Part shown: positions 37,031 to 46,423 of the stretch, in pieces
Layout of the letters: every line of letters starts with the position of its first letter
Position numbering within the stretch: position 1 is the stretch's first letter
Source: Myxococcota bacterium
GTDB taxonomy: Bacteria; Myxococcota; XYA12-FULL-58-9; JALHOP01
Length of the DNA: 64,000 bases
Direction of reading: 5' to 3'
Assembly: GCA_039809465.1 (NCBI GenBank)
Contig: JBDHVB010000001.1
Location: 10,465-74,464, forward strand
Notes under the pieces: generated by a model
Told to the model about the DNA's origin: nothing
Database searches by the model: none
The model's input: only the letters and a program-made list of their open reading frames with translations
Translations under genes and position numbers: made by a program

Positions 37031-37779
37031 AGGCGCACCCGCGCGCCGTTGTCGGCGAGATAACGTTTCACGTCGGCGACCGTGAGGTCTCCGTCGTGGA
37101 AGATGCTGGCGGCGAGCACGTCGGTCGCGCCAGCGCGGAGGGCTTCGAGCAAGTGCGCCGCGTTGGCCGCGCCGCCCGACGCGATGATCGGCACCCGCAC
37201 GGCGTCGCTGACCGCCTTCAAGAGCTCGAGGTCGTAGCCCGAGCGCGTGCCGTCACGGTCGAAGCTCGTGAGCAGGACCTCGCCCGCGCCACGCTCACAG
37301 GCCTCTCGTGCCCAGGCGATGACGTCCTTGCCCGTGCGGTTCTTGCCGCTGTGCGTGACGACCTCCCAGCCCTCACCCTTGCGCGCGGCGTCGATGGCGA
37401 TGACCGCGCACTGTCTGCCATAGCGGCTGGCGATGGCCTCGATGATGCGCGGATCTTTGACGGCGGCGCTGTTGACGCTCACCTTGTCGGCGCCCGCGTC
37501 GAGCAAGACGCCGGCCTGCTCGGCGGAGTCCACGCCGCCACCGACGGTGAGCGGGATCGACAGCTCGCGGCGCACCGCCCGCACCGTGGCGAGCGCGGCG
37601 TTGCGGCCCTCGGTGGTCGCGGAGATGTCGAGCACGACGATCTCGTCGGCGCCCTGCTTCTCGTAGAGCGCCGCGAGCTCGGCGGGCGAGCCGGCGTCGC
37701 GCAGCTCCTGGAAGCGCACGCCTTTGACGACGCGGCCGTCCTTGCAATCAAGGCAAGGGATGATCCGGGTCTTCAGCAT
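37027..37779 (-). CDS. hisF: imidazole glycerol phosphate synthase cyclase subunit
   Basis: [20 protein letters not shown] and [21 protein letters not shown]. Confidence 0.85.
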   Translation of the reverse strand: MLKTRIIPCLDCKDGRVVKGVRFQELRDAGSPAELAALYEKQGADEIVVLDISATTEGRNAALATVRAVRRELSIPLTVGGGVDSAEQAGVLLDAGADKVSVNSAAVKDPRIIEAIASRYGRQCAVIAIDAARKGEGWEVVTHSGKNRTGKDVIAWAREACERGAGEVLLTSFDRDGTRSGYDLELLKAVSDAVRVPIIASGGAANAAHLLEALRAGATDVLAASIFHDGDLTVADVKRYLADNGARVRL

Positions 37780-37841
37780 GCGCAAGCGCTCCACCAGGAC
37801 GCAGCAATCGGGAGACAAGGGATGATGCGGGTCTTCAACAT
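37773..37841 (-). other. 22-codon uORF created by duplication of the hisF 5' end (MLKTRIIPC...); its stop overlaps the hisF ATG
   Basis: ATGTTGAAGACCCGCATCATCCCTTG (37813-37838, minus strand) is a near-copy of the hisF start ATGCTGAAGACCCGGATCATCCCTTG (37754-37779). The uORF ATG is 2 nt after the hisH TGA. GAGGG RBS. Confidence 0.35.
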
Positions 37842-37843
37842 CG

Positions 37844-38443
37844 TCAGGAGCCCTCGACCCAACGCGCCAGCAAAGCCGCGCCCCAGGCGCCCGAGAGCTC
37901 GGGATGGAACTGGCAGGCGAGCACGTTGCCGCGCTCGAGCGCCGCGACGAACTCACCGCCGTGGTTGGCGGTCGAAGCGGTCCACCCCGCAGAAGCCTCG
38001 GGCAAGCGATAGGAGTTCGCGAAGTACGCGACACCGCTCTGCACGAAGCGCGCATCCGGCGCGGCGCTCACGTCGTTCCAGCCGAGCTGCGGCACACGCA
38101 CCTGTCCGCCAAAGCGGCCAATCGAGCCATCGACGACACCGAGGCCGCGCACGCCTGGCGACTCGCTGCTCTCGCGGCAGAGGAGCTGCATCCCCACGCA
38201 GATGGCGAGCAAGGAGTGATTCTTCCGCACGCGCTCGATCAGGGCTGGCACGAGGCCCTTGTCGACGAGCTCCGCCATCGAAGCACCGAACGCGCCAACG
38301 CCAGGCAGCACCACGCGCTCCGCTTCAGCGACACGCTGTGGGTCCTGCGTGAGCTCGACGGCATGCCCCTGCCGCTCGAACGCGGCGCGCACCGACGCGA
38401 GGTTCGCGGTGCCAGTGCGGACGACGACGATGGCGCGGCTCAC
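37844..38443 (-). CDS. hisH: imidazole glycerol phosphate synthase glutaminase subunit
   Basis: Class-I GATase motifs (ICVGMQLL, FHPE). Confidence 0.85.
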   Translation of the reverse strand: MSRAIVVVRTGTANLASVRAAFERQGHAVELTQDPQRVAEAERVVLPGVGAFGASMAELVDKGLVPALIERVRKNHSLLAICVGMQLLCRESSESPGVRGLGVVDGSIGRFGGQVRVPQLGWNDVSAAPDARFVQSGVAYFANSYRLPEASAGWTASTANHGGEFVAALERGNVLACQFHPELSGAWGAALLARWVEGS

Positions 38444-39021
38444 AGGACGCCCTTGGTGGAGGGCACGCTGCTCGAGCCGTCGGAGGCCACGGCTTGACGC
38501 AGCGCCAGCGCGGTCGCCTTGAAGGCGGCTTCGACTTTGTGGTGGTCGTTCTCGCCCTTCAAGACGTCGACGTGCATCGAAGCGCGCATGGCGGTGCCGA
38601 GCGACATGAGCACATGCGTGAGCGCCTCGGTGGAGATCTCACCGATGCTGTCGCGGCGCAGGCCGAGCGAGACGTGCGGCGACGGCCGGCCCGACAAGTC
38701 CACGACGGCGCGGGCGAGGGCCTCGTCGAGCGGCGCGTGCGCTTCACCAAAACGGCGGACACCGCGGCGGTCACCCAGCGCCTTGTCGATCGCCGCGCCC
38801 AAGGCGAGCGCGCAATCCTCGGCGGTGTGGTGATCGTCGACGTGCAGGTCGCCAGCGCAGGTGAGCGTGATGTCGATGCGCGAGTGCTTCGAGAGCGCGG
38901 TCAGCATGTGGTCGAGGAAGCCAATCCCCGTGGTGATGGCCGACTTGCCCTCGCCATCGAGGTTCACGCTGCAGCGGATGTCGGTCTCACCGGTCTTACG
39001 CGCGACGTCGGCTTGCCTCAT
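38440..39021 (-). CDS. hisB: imidazoleglycerol-phosphate dehydratase (monofunctional)
   Basis: GIGFLDHML and DDHHTAEDCALALG motifs. Confidence 0.85.
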   Translation of the reverse strand: MRQADVARKTGETDIRCSVNLDGEGKSAITTGIGFLDHMLTALSKHSRIDITLTCAGDLHVDDHHTAEDCALALGAAIDKALGDRRGVRRFGEAHAPLDEALARAVVDLSGRPSPHVSLGLRRDSIGEISTEALTHVLMSLGTAMRASMHVDVLKGENDHHKVEAAFKATALALRQAVASDGSSSVPSTKGVL

Positions 39022-40043
39022 GCGAGCTCCGCGAAGGCTTCGAGCAACGCGCCTTCGAGTCTGCGGTACGTGGCGTCATCGGCGGGCATCACCATGCGCC
39101 GTGCCTCCGCGAGCCGCGGATCGTTAGGGAAAGCGCGCAGGCTGATGCCGCGCTTGGCCAATGCATCCGCCAAAGCGGGCACCTTGGGACCCATGAGCAT
39201 CACGAAGTTCGCCTGCGAGGGCGGCACCGTGACGCCGTGCTTGGTGAGGAGCAACGTCATGCGCTTCACTTCGTCGCGCGCTTTCGCCACGTAGGCGCGC
39301 ATCTCGTCCTCACCGCCGCGCAGGCGCTCGAGCGCGAGAGCCAGCGCCGGCCGCGCCACGGAGTATGGTCCGCCCGCGGTGCGCAGCGCCGTGATGACCT
39401 CCGCCGGGCCCAGCGCATACCCGACGCGCGCGCCCGGGATGCCCCACGCTTTCGAGAAGGTGCGCGTGACCACGACGTTGCCCTGCTTCATGAGCTCGCG
39501 CGTCGGATCGGTAGGAGCGAACTCGCCGTAGGCCATGTCCGCGATGACGAGCACGTCGGGCCGCCGCTTGGCGAGCTCGATCAGGGTCTCGGGCTCCACC
39601 GCGACACCCGTGGGATTGTTGGGCGTCGCGATGGCGCAGACGCCGCGCATGCCCTCGGTGGCATCGAGGAGCGCCGAGAGCTCGAGCTTGTGCTCGTACC
39701 AGGGCACTTCACGCAGCTGCGCGCCAGCGAGCCGCGCGTAGTGGCGGATCATCTCGAAGGTCGGCGCGGTGACCACGGCGACGCGCGCCGAGGAGAGATA
39801 AGCCCGGCAGATACGGTCGAGCGCCTCATCCGCTCCAGCGGTCACGAAAACGCGCCCTGCCGGCAAATCGAAGCGCTTGGCCAACTCGGCCTCGAGCTCG
39901 GCGGCCTTCGGATAATTCGCGGCCTCGCCCACCGGCAACGGCAATGGCCGCTCGGTGCCGTCCAGCCGCAAGTCGATGTTCGCGGGTAACCCTGGCGAGC
40001 TGTAGGCCGTGAGTGCCGCGACCTCCGGCACTGGCGTGATCAC
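39018..40043 (-). CDS. hisC: histidinol-phosphate aminotransferase
   Basis: Class-II aminotransferase fold. NNPTG. RTFSKAWGIPGARVGY (PLP lysine). Confidence 0.8.
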   Translation of the reverse strand: MITPVPEVAALTAYSSPGLPANIDLRLDGTERPLPLPVGEAANYPKAAELEAELAKRFDLPAGRVFVTAGADEALDRICRAYLSSARVAVVTAPTFEMIRHYARLAGAQLREVPWYEHKLELSALLDATEGMRGVCAIATPNNPTGVAVEPETLIELAKRRPDVLVIADMAYGEFAPTDPTRELMKQGNVVVTRTFSKAWGIPGARVGYALGPAEVITALRTAGGPYSVARPALALALERLRGGEDEMRAYVAKARDEVKRMTLLLTKHGVTVPPSQANFVMLMGPKVPALADALAKRGISLRAFPNDPRLAEARRMVMPADDATYRRLEGALLEAFAELA

Positions 40044-40936
40044 GGCACGATCTGCCCGAGGCCCGACACGACGATGTCGGTGCCCCCGTTCGCCTTGATG
40101 GCCGGGATGAGCTTGTGGAGCTCGTCACGCGGCACCGCGGCCTTCACCGCGTAGCCACGCGAGGCGTGCAGCGGCGACACCGTGGGCTCACGCATGCACG
40201 GCAAGATGGCGACGAGCTTCTCGAGATCCTGCGGCGAGACGTTCACTTCGAGCATGACGCGGCGACGCGCTTCCAGGACCGAGCGGATGAGCATCACCAA
40301 GCGCTCGATGGCGTCGCGCTTCTCGGTGTTCTCGAGCGCCCGCGGATTGGCGTAGAGGCGCGTCGACGAGCGCATGACGTCGGCGACGATCTCGAGGCCG
40401 TTGGCGGCGAGCGTCGAGCCCGTCGCGGTGTTGTCGATGATGCAATCGGCGTCCTCGGGCGGGAACACCTCGGTCGCGCCGTAGGAGCGGACGAAGCGCG
40501 CGTCGATGCCGTTCTTCGCGATCCAGTCCTGGGCCAGGCGCTGGTACTCGGAGGCAAGCACGAGGTGGCGCTTGGGGAGCTTACCGCCCTCGAGGAGGGC
40601 CACGGGCGCGGCGGCCACCAAGCGGACCGGGTCGAGCGTCGTGTCGAGGAGCTCGACCACGTGGGCGTTCAGCTCGGCGACCCAATCGGCGCCGGCAAAC
40701 CCGACGTCACGCGAGCCGGCCTCGAGCATCTCCACGATGTTCTGTGGCTTCAAGACCTTCACCTCGAAGCCGGTGAGGTTGATGCTGGGGCGATAGCCGC
40801 GGCTACCGGTGCGCAGCTGAATGCCGGCATCGGCAAGCAGCTTGTTGACGCCCTCTTGCATGCGGCCCTTGGGAAGGCCGAGCTTGACCGTCGTGCTAGT
40901 GCTCAAGAGCGCTCCGTTCGGCCGAAAGGCTAGCAC
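40040..40936 (-). CDS. hisG: ATP phosphoribosyltransferase, long form
   Basis: LGLPKGR N-terminus. C-terminal regulatory domain. GTG start. Confidence 0.8.
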   Translation of the reverse strand: MLAFRPNGALLSTSTTVKLGLPKGRMQEGVNKLLADAGIQLRTGSRGYRPSINLTGFEVKVLKPQNIVEMLEAGSRDVGFAGADWVAELNAHVVELLDTTLDPVRLVAAAPVALLEGGKLPKRHLVLASEYQRLAQDWIAKNGIDARFVRSYGATEVFPPEDADCIIDNTATGSTLAANGLEIVADVMRSSTRLYANPRALENTEKRDAIERLVMLIRSVLEARRRVMLEVNVSPQDLEKLVAILPCMREPTVSPLHASRGYAVKAAVPRDELHKLIPAIKANGGTDIVVSGLGQIVP

Positions 40937-41018
40937 GGAGCGAGCCTTTGCAGCCAGACAACCGTTGGGTACGACCCACGGTCATCTTCAAGCAAGGCGG
41001 CGGGCGGCACCTACGCTG

Positions 41019-41426
41019 CTAGCGGCGATAGCGCAAGCCGTCCCAAGTGAGCGAGCCGCCGCCATAGGTGCCTTCGAAGGTCTGACCGTTCATGTTGCCG
41101 ACGATCTTGCCCTTGCTGCAGGTGTACGTGCCCGAGCCGACGAACTGATAGGTGTCCCAGTAGAACTCGCCGAGGTCGAAGGTGATGGTCCAGACGCCGT
41201 AGAGCTCGGTGCACTGATAGTTCTGGTTGGCGTCGAACTCGCAGCGCTCCCCGAGGGGCTGGTCGTCGACGCTGGCGAAGGTGTCGCCGTCGAGCCCGTC
41301 ACAGGTGGGCTGGCCGCCGTTGACGCCGTTGTTGTTGTTGTCCGGGCCACCGGGGCTAGGAATTTCCAGATCGCCACAGGCGGCGACCCCGAGGGCCATG
41401 GCGGCGATGACGAGCGCCTTTTGCAT
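41019..41426 (-). CDS. small secreted lipoprotein, hypothetical
   Basis: MQKALVIAAMALGVAAC lipobox. Asn/Gly-rich linker. Confidence 0.4.
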   Translation of the reverse strand: MQKALVIAAMALGVAACGDLEIPSPGGPDNNNNGVNGGQPTCDGLDGDTFASVDDQPLGERCEFDANQNYQCTELYGVWTITFDLGEFYWDTYQFVGSGTYTCSKGKIVGNMNGQTFEGTYGGGSLTWDGLRYRR

Positions 41427-41506
41427 GCCGACGATATGGGGGGTGCCGTGCAAAATTGGCAAGCCTCTTTCGGTGTCTACGCGGCAAACGGTAGGGTGCG
41501 CGCCTG

Positions 41507-43207
41507 ATGTTCTATCTGGTGTCCGCATTGGCGTACGTGGTCTGTGCCCTCTGGGCGAGCCGGCCGCTGATGGCGCGGTTCTCGGACGCCATGCCCATGG
41601 GCACGACCACCTCTGGCGCCGACGTGGTCTTCCTATCGGGCGACCCGCATCAGCTCCTCTTCTATTGCTGGCTCTTCGCGAGGAACCTCGCGGAAGGTCG
41701 CTTCCCGTTCGCCAACGACCTCGAGCTCGCCGGCGTGAACGCGAGCGGCATCCACGTCATGGGCTCCTGGGGCTTTCCGATGCAGCCGCTCTGGTGGCTC
41801 GCGACCCATTGCGGCCTGTCCGCCGAAGCCGCTTACAACTTACTTTACCTCGCGAGCTTCCCCGCCACGGGCGTGGCGATGGCGTATTGCATGCGCAAGC
41901 TCGGCGCCTCGAAGGTCGCGGCGTTCGTCGCGGGGCTCGCCTACGCCTTCTGCGTCTTCCGTCAGGTGCAAGCCTCCTGTGGCCACGCGAACGGCTTCTT
42001 GCTCGGCAGCTTTCCCCTGGTGTGGCTCGCCCTCTGGAGCTGGCTCGGTGAGGCGAGACCCTGGCGGCGCGCCGGGATTTCACTGGGCCTTGGCGCCCTG
42101 CTCTTCTTGCTCGCCGCGGGCGAGTGGCACCTCTTTTACTACACCACCCTCTTGGTGGGGACTTTCGTCATCGTCGCGCTCATCCGCCATCGCGGAGCGG
42201 GCTGGCGCGCCACGCTGATCCGCGCCGTTACGATGGCCCCGGCGGGGTTGTGCGCCATCGGTGGTCTCCTCTGGGTGCGCTGGTTCCAGAAGGTCGGCCT
42301 CGACATGTCACCCTCGAAGGCCGGCCGCAGCGCGCAAGAGGCCGTGTCGTACACGCCCTTGCCCGGCGAGCTCTTCGTCCCGTGGGCGCGCTTCACCCGC
42401 GACGTCGTCTTCAGCCACGAGGTCGAGCGGCGCTCGCATTACCTGGGCTTGTCGCTGCTGGTGCTGATTGGCCTCGCGCTCTATCGCCGCAAGACCGGCG
42501 CGCCCACGCGGCTCGATGCGCAGACCCGGGCCCTCGGCTGGACGGCGCTGGTGGTGCTGGTGCTCATGTTCAGCCCGGTCATCCCACCGCTGTACGCCCT
42601 CCTGAAGACGCTCATCCCCTACTGGGGCTTCGTGCGCGTCAAGGGCCGGCTGTCGTTCATCCTCATGTTCGCTATCGCGGCCCTAGCGGCGTGGGCCATC
42701 GACCGTCTGCGCGTTCATGCGAGGCCCAAGATCGCCGCTATCGCGGTCACCGCGGCGTTGCTCGATTTCGTGATCGTCAGTCCGACGCTGCTGCTGACGC
42801 GGGGCCCCATCGCGCGCCTCACCGCGCCCGGCCCGGGCCCCTTCTTGCACCTGCCGTATGGCCCGCCCTACGACGCGGGTGGCTCCTCGGCGCATCGCTT
42901 CATGATGCTCTTGGACCGCCCCTTCCTGAACGGCTACGAGCCCGCGGCGCCACAAGCCGCCTTCGACGCGCAGGAAGCGCTGGCCGACTTGAACACGGGC
43001 GAGGTCACCGAGACCGTGCGCGCGGCGCTCGTCCGCTATGGCATTACGCACGTGCTGCACGACCGTGACGTTTTCTTCGGGAAGCACCGCACGCGGCTCG
43101 ATCTCGAGAGTCGCGACAAGCTCATCGCCAGCGGCTTCTTCGAGCTCGTCGCGGACGACGGCGACGTCAGCGTGCTCGCTTACCTGCCCGGCGGCGCGGC
43201 GCGCTGA
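41507..43207 (+). CDS. polytopic integral membrane protein, possibly a GT-C-type glycosyltransferase
   Basis: More than 10 predicted TM helices, aromatic-rich loops and a C-terminal soluble domain. Family not resolved. Confidence 0.35.
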   Translation: MFYLVSALAYVVCALWASRPLMARFSDAMPMGTTTSGADVVFLSGDPHQLLFYCWLFARNLAEGRFPFANDLELAGVNASGIHVMGSWGFPMQPLWWLATHCGLSAEAAYNLLYLASFPATGVAMAYCMRKLGASKVAAFVAGLAYAFCVFRQVQASCGHANGFLLGSFPLVWLALWSWLGEARPWRRAGISLGLGALLFLLAAGEWHLFYYTTLLVGTFVIVALIRHRGAGWRATLIRAVTMAPAGLCAIGGLLWVRWFQKVGLDMSPSKAGRSAQEAVSYTPLPGELFVPWARFTRDVVFSHEVERRSHYLGLSLLVLIGLALYRRKTGAPTRLDAQTRALGWTALVVLVLMFSPVIPPLYALLKTLIPYWGFVRVKGRLSFILMFAIAALAAWAIDRLRVHARPKIAAIAVTAALLDFVIVSPTLLLTRGPIARLTAPGPGPFLHLPYGPPYDAGGSSAHRFMMLLDRPFLNGYEPAAPQAAFDAQEALADLNTGEVTETVRAALVRYGITHVLHDRDVFFGKHRTRLDLESRDKLIASGFFELVADDGDVSVLAYLPGGAAR

Positions 43208-43255
43208 CTCTTTTGCGTGCATCGAGGCTTGGCGTCGTCTCGCGCACCGTGCGGC

Positions 43256-44392
43256 TCAGCCGAGCGCCTGACGCACGTCGGCCAGCAAATCCTCGAGCCC
43301 CTCGATGCCCACCGAGAAGCGCACCAAGCCATCGCCGATGCCGACCTGCGCGCGCGCCTCGGGAGTGAGGCCCGCGTGCGAGGATTGCGCCGGCATGGAG
43401 ACGAGCGAGTCGACTCCGCCCAGGCTCGGCGCGTCGATGGGAATGGTGAGGCGCTTCACGAAGCGCTTGGCCGCGGCGCCGCCACCCTTCACGTCGAAGC
43501 TCACCATGCCGCCGAAGCCGCCGGTGAGCGCCTTGGCCGCGTGCGCGTGCGAGCCGTGCGTCGCGAGGCCCGGATAGTAAACACGCTCGATGGCGGGGTG
43601 CTCGGCGAGGAGCCCGGCGATGGCGAGAGCGTTGGCGCTCTGGGCGCGCACGCGCAACGCCAGCGTCTTGATGCCGCGCTGCAAGAGGAAGCAAGCGTGC
43701 GGGTCGAGCGAGCCGCCCAGGTGATCGAGCTTGTGCTTCACCTTGGCCACGAGCTCGCGGCCACCGATGACCGCGCCGGCGACGATGTCGCTGTGGCCGT
43801 TCATGTACTTGGTGCACGAGTGCAGCGACAGATCGAAGCCGTGCGTGATGGGCTGGTAGAGCACCGGTGACGCGAAGGTGTTGTCGATAGCGGACACGAG
43901 GCCGTGGTCCTTCGCGAACTTCACGACCGCCGGGAGGTCCGGCACCGCGAGCAGCGGATTACCGATGGTCTCCACATAGACGAGCTTGGTGGTGGGCTTG
44001 AGCTTCGCCTTCCAGCTCGCGGGGTCGCTGCTGTCGATGAAGTCGTGGGTGATGCCGAGCTGCGGCAGATCCTTGGTGACGAAGTCGTGCGTGCCGCCAT
44101 AGAGGACACTCTGCGCGAGGATGTGATCACCGCTCTTCAAGAGCCCGAGCATCGTCGTGGTGATGGCCGCCATGCCGCTCGCCGTGACCACCGCGCTCTC
44201 GGCGCCCTCGAGCTGGCTCAGCTTGTCGTGGAGGGCGAGCTGCGTCGGCGTGTTGTTGAGCCGGAGGTAGCGCAGGTCGTGGTAGGCCGCGCCCTCGTCG
44301 TGAACGTAGGTGGCGCTCTGGAAAATCGGGGTGACGACCGAGCCCTCGAGGCGGCGCTCACCTGCATGGATGACCTTGGTGTCGATTTGCAT
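43256..44392 (-). CDS. Cys/Met-metabolism PLP enzyme (cystathionine gamma-synthase/lyase or Met gamma-lyase family)
   Basis: SCTKYMNGHSD (PLP-Lys) and GGTHDF. Length 378 aa. Confidence 0.75.
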   Translation of the reverse strand: MQIDTKVIHAGERRLEGSVVTPIFQSATYVHDEGAAYHDLRYLRLNNTPTQLALHDKLSQLEGAESAVVTASGMAAITTTMLGLLKSGDHILAQSVLYGGTHDFVTKDLPQLGITHDFIDSSDPASWKAKLKPTTKLVYVETIGNPLLAVPDLPAVVKFAKDHGLVSAIDNTFASPVLYQPITHGFDLSLHSCTKYMNGHSDIVAGAVIGGRELVAKVKHKLDHLGGSLDPHACFLLQRGIKTLALRVRAQSANALAIAGLLAEHPAIERVYYPGLATHGSHAHAAKALTGGFGGMVSFDVKGGGAAAKRFVKRLTIPIDAPSLGGVDSLVSMPAQSSHAGLTPEARAQVGIGDGLVRFSVGIEGLEDLLADVRQALG

Positions 44393-44520
44393 GCCGCCTG
44401 GCTAGCCCGGCGGGGCCGCACGAGCCAAGCCCTGGAAGCGCTGACGCGTCGAGTCATCACTGACTTGATTTATGATAAAATTGGGTCCAATAAAGGTTGT
44501 CCTTCTCCCAGGAACCTTAC

Positions 44521-45966
44521 ATGGCGCAAAATTTGAGCTCTGGCCTTCGCGACTTCCTTGAAATCCCGTATGACAAGCTCGAGGAGCAGAACCTCGCGAA
44601 CAAGCAGGCTCGCCTGGATCACACGCCCGCCGACAAGCTGCGTGAGTCTGCGGTCAAGGCGCTCAGCGATGAGAAGGGCATCAAGGCGGTCACCGTCTGC
44701 TTCACCGATCTCGAAGGTCGCCTGCAGATGCTCGACTACGACAAGAAGTTCCTGCTGAAGAGCGAGGACAACCTCACCTTCGACGGCTCGTCGGTCCGCG
44801 GCTTCTCGGCGCAGCACGAGTCCGACCTGCGTCTGCAAATCGACTGGGGCTCGCTCTATTGGGTCCCCGCCGACATCTTCGGCCCCGGCAAGGTCCTGGT
44901 CTTCTCGCAGGTCATGGGTCGTGACGGCGCCCCTTACGCCTCCGACATGCGCAGCATGCTCAAGCACTACTGCGAGGAGCTGTGGACCAAGGACAAGATG
45001 GTCTGCCACATCGCGCCCGAGATCGAAGGCTTCCTCTTCAAGGGTCGTGACGCCGAGCGCCACTACAACGAGACGGGCAAGTTCGAGTACGTCTCGACGG
45101 GCGGCTACTATCACTCGCTGCCAGGCGACGCGCTGCGCAACTTCATCGACGCGGCCGCCGAAGTGCAGCGCGCCATGGGCTTCGGGAACGAGAAGGATCA
45201 CCCCGAGGTCGCGCCCTCGCAGTTCGAGATGAACTTCACCTACAGCGAGGCGCTCATCACCGCCGACCAGGTGCAGCTCTACAAGCTGCTCTGCCGCCAG
45301 GTGGCGCAGAAGATGGACATGACGGCGTCGTTCCTGCCGAAGCCGGTCACCGGCGTGAACGGCAACGGCATGCACACCAACCTCTCGTTCTCGCGCGACA
45401 AGGTGAACTTGTACTGGGACGGCAAGGGCCAAGACGGCTTGTCGAAGACCGGCTGGAGCGCCATCGACCGCATCCTCGCCAGCGCCGACGACATCTGCCT
45501 CATCTTGAACCCGTCCGTTAACGCGTACCGCCGCCTCGATCCGCACTACGAGGCCCCGAATCAGATCAAGGCATCGCCGAACAACCGCGGCGCCATGGTC
45601 CGCATCCCGACGGGCAACGAGCGCTCGGCACGCATCGAGGTGCGCAGCGTCGCCCCCGACGCGAACCCGTACATGGTGTTCTACACCTTGATTCGCACGG
45701 CGCTCGAAGGCGTGGACGCTTCAACGGACGAGTCGAAGCGCAGCCGCACACGCTTCTTGCCGGACAACATTTACGACGCCATCCGTTTGTTCAAGTCGAG
45801 CAAGTTCATGAGCGAGGTGCTGGGCGAGTCGGTGCAAACCAAGTTCGCCGAGCTCAAGCAGGCGCAGGCCGATCGGTGTCCGAAGGCGTTGGGGTCACTC
45901 ATCAAGGTGCCGGAGATTCAGTTTCATCATGAAGTGACGAATCAGTATCTTTGGCATCAGTTCTAG
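44521..45966 (+). CDS. glutamine synthetase family protein (GlnA paralogue)
   Basis: HPEVAPSQFEMNF (GS catalytic signature), NGMHTNLS and NRGAMVRIP. Confidence 0.7.
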   Translation: MAQNLSSGLRDFLEIPYDKLEEQNLANKQARLDHTPADKLRESAVKALSDEKGIKAVTVCFTDLEGRLQMLDYDKKFLLKSEDNLTFDGSSVRGFSAQHESDLRLQIDWGSLYWVPADIFGPGKVLVFSQVMGRDGAPYASDMRSMLKHYCEELWTKDKMVCHIAPEIEGFLFKGRDAERHYNETGKFEYVSTGGYYHSLPGDALRNFIDAAAEVQRAMGFGNEKDHPEVAPSQFEMNFTYSEALITADQVQLYKLLCRQVAQKMDMTASFLPKPVTGVNGNGMHTNLSFSRDKVNLYWDGKGQDGLSKTGWSAIDRILASADDICLILNPSVNAYRRLDPHYEAPNQIKASPNNRGAMVRIPTGNERSARIEVRSVAPDANPYMVFYTLIRTALEGVDASTDESKRSRTRFLPDNIYDAIRLFKSSKFMSEVLGESVQTKFAELKQAQADRCPKALGSLIKVPEIQFHHEVTNQYLWHQF

Positions 45967-45979
45967 GAGCTCGAGGGGG

Positions 45980-46006
45980 GGCGATCGGTTCTTGGAGCCG
46001 ATCGCC
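45980..46006 (+). other. perfect 9-bp stem hairpin GGCGATCGG-N9-CCGATCGCC downstream of the GS gene
   Basis: Inverted repeat seen directly. No T-tract. The 18-mer CGATCGCCGATGACCGAC recurs at 27011. Confidence 0.4.
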
Positions 46007-46115
46007 GATGACCGACTTGCTGGTTCCATGACTCCCCGACCTGCGCACGGCGAGTCGCGTGATCTGCGTCACGTCGGAAAGTCGGTCGCGGGCGACAAAT
46101 TGACGTAGCGTTAAG

Positions 46116-46132
46116 CTTGACGAATCGTCAAG
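46116..46132 (+). promoter_or_regulatory. perfect 8-1-8 palindrome CTTGACGAATCGTCAAG, candidate operator of the toxin-antitoxin operon
   Basis: Lies 20 nt upstream of the toxin ATG, within an AT-richer stretch with a repeated TTGACG. Confidence 0.5.
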
Positions 46133-46151
46133 AAATGACGACAACTAACCC

Positions 46152-46409
46152 ATGAGCGCGACGGCCGCTGCCCGGCAGGTTCGTGAGCTAGCCAAGCAGG
46201 ATAAGATTTACATCACCAAGCATGCGTTGGAGCGCATGACCGAACGCAAGTTCACGTACGAGGGTATCAAGCGCGCTCTCTCGTTTGCCGTTCGAGCCGT
46301 CGCGTCGACCAACGACAGCTGGGAGATCTACGGCAAGGACGACGACGGCAGGGATTGCAAAGTCGTCGTCGCAATCAAGGACAGCATCATCGTCATTACG
46401 GTGATGTAA
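46152..46409 (+). CDS. DUF4258-type putative toxin
   Basis: 85 aa. YITKHALERMTERKFTYEGIKRAL pattern. Confidence 0.5.
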   Translation: MSATAAARQVRELAKQDKIYITKHALERMTERKFTYEGIKRALSFAVRAVASTNDSWEIYGKDDDGRDCKVVVAIKDSIIVITVM

Positions 46410-46423
46410 CCAGGGAGTAGGAC

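Noticed and set aside
37780-37843. Possible histidine attenuator/leader peptide upstream of hisF
   Set aside because: The uORF contains no His codons and lies internal to the operon. It is more consistent with a duplication-derived coupling ORF.
40115-40933. 272-aa plus-strand ORF antisense to hisG
   Set aside because: hisG sense-strand homology is unambiguous.
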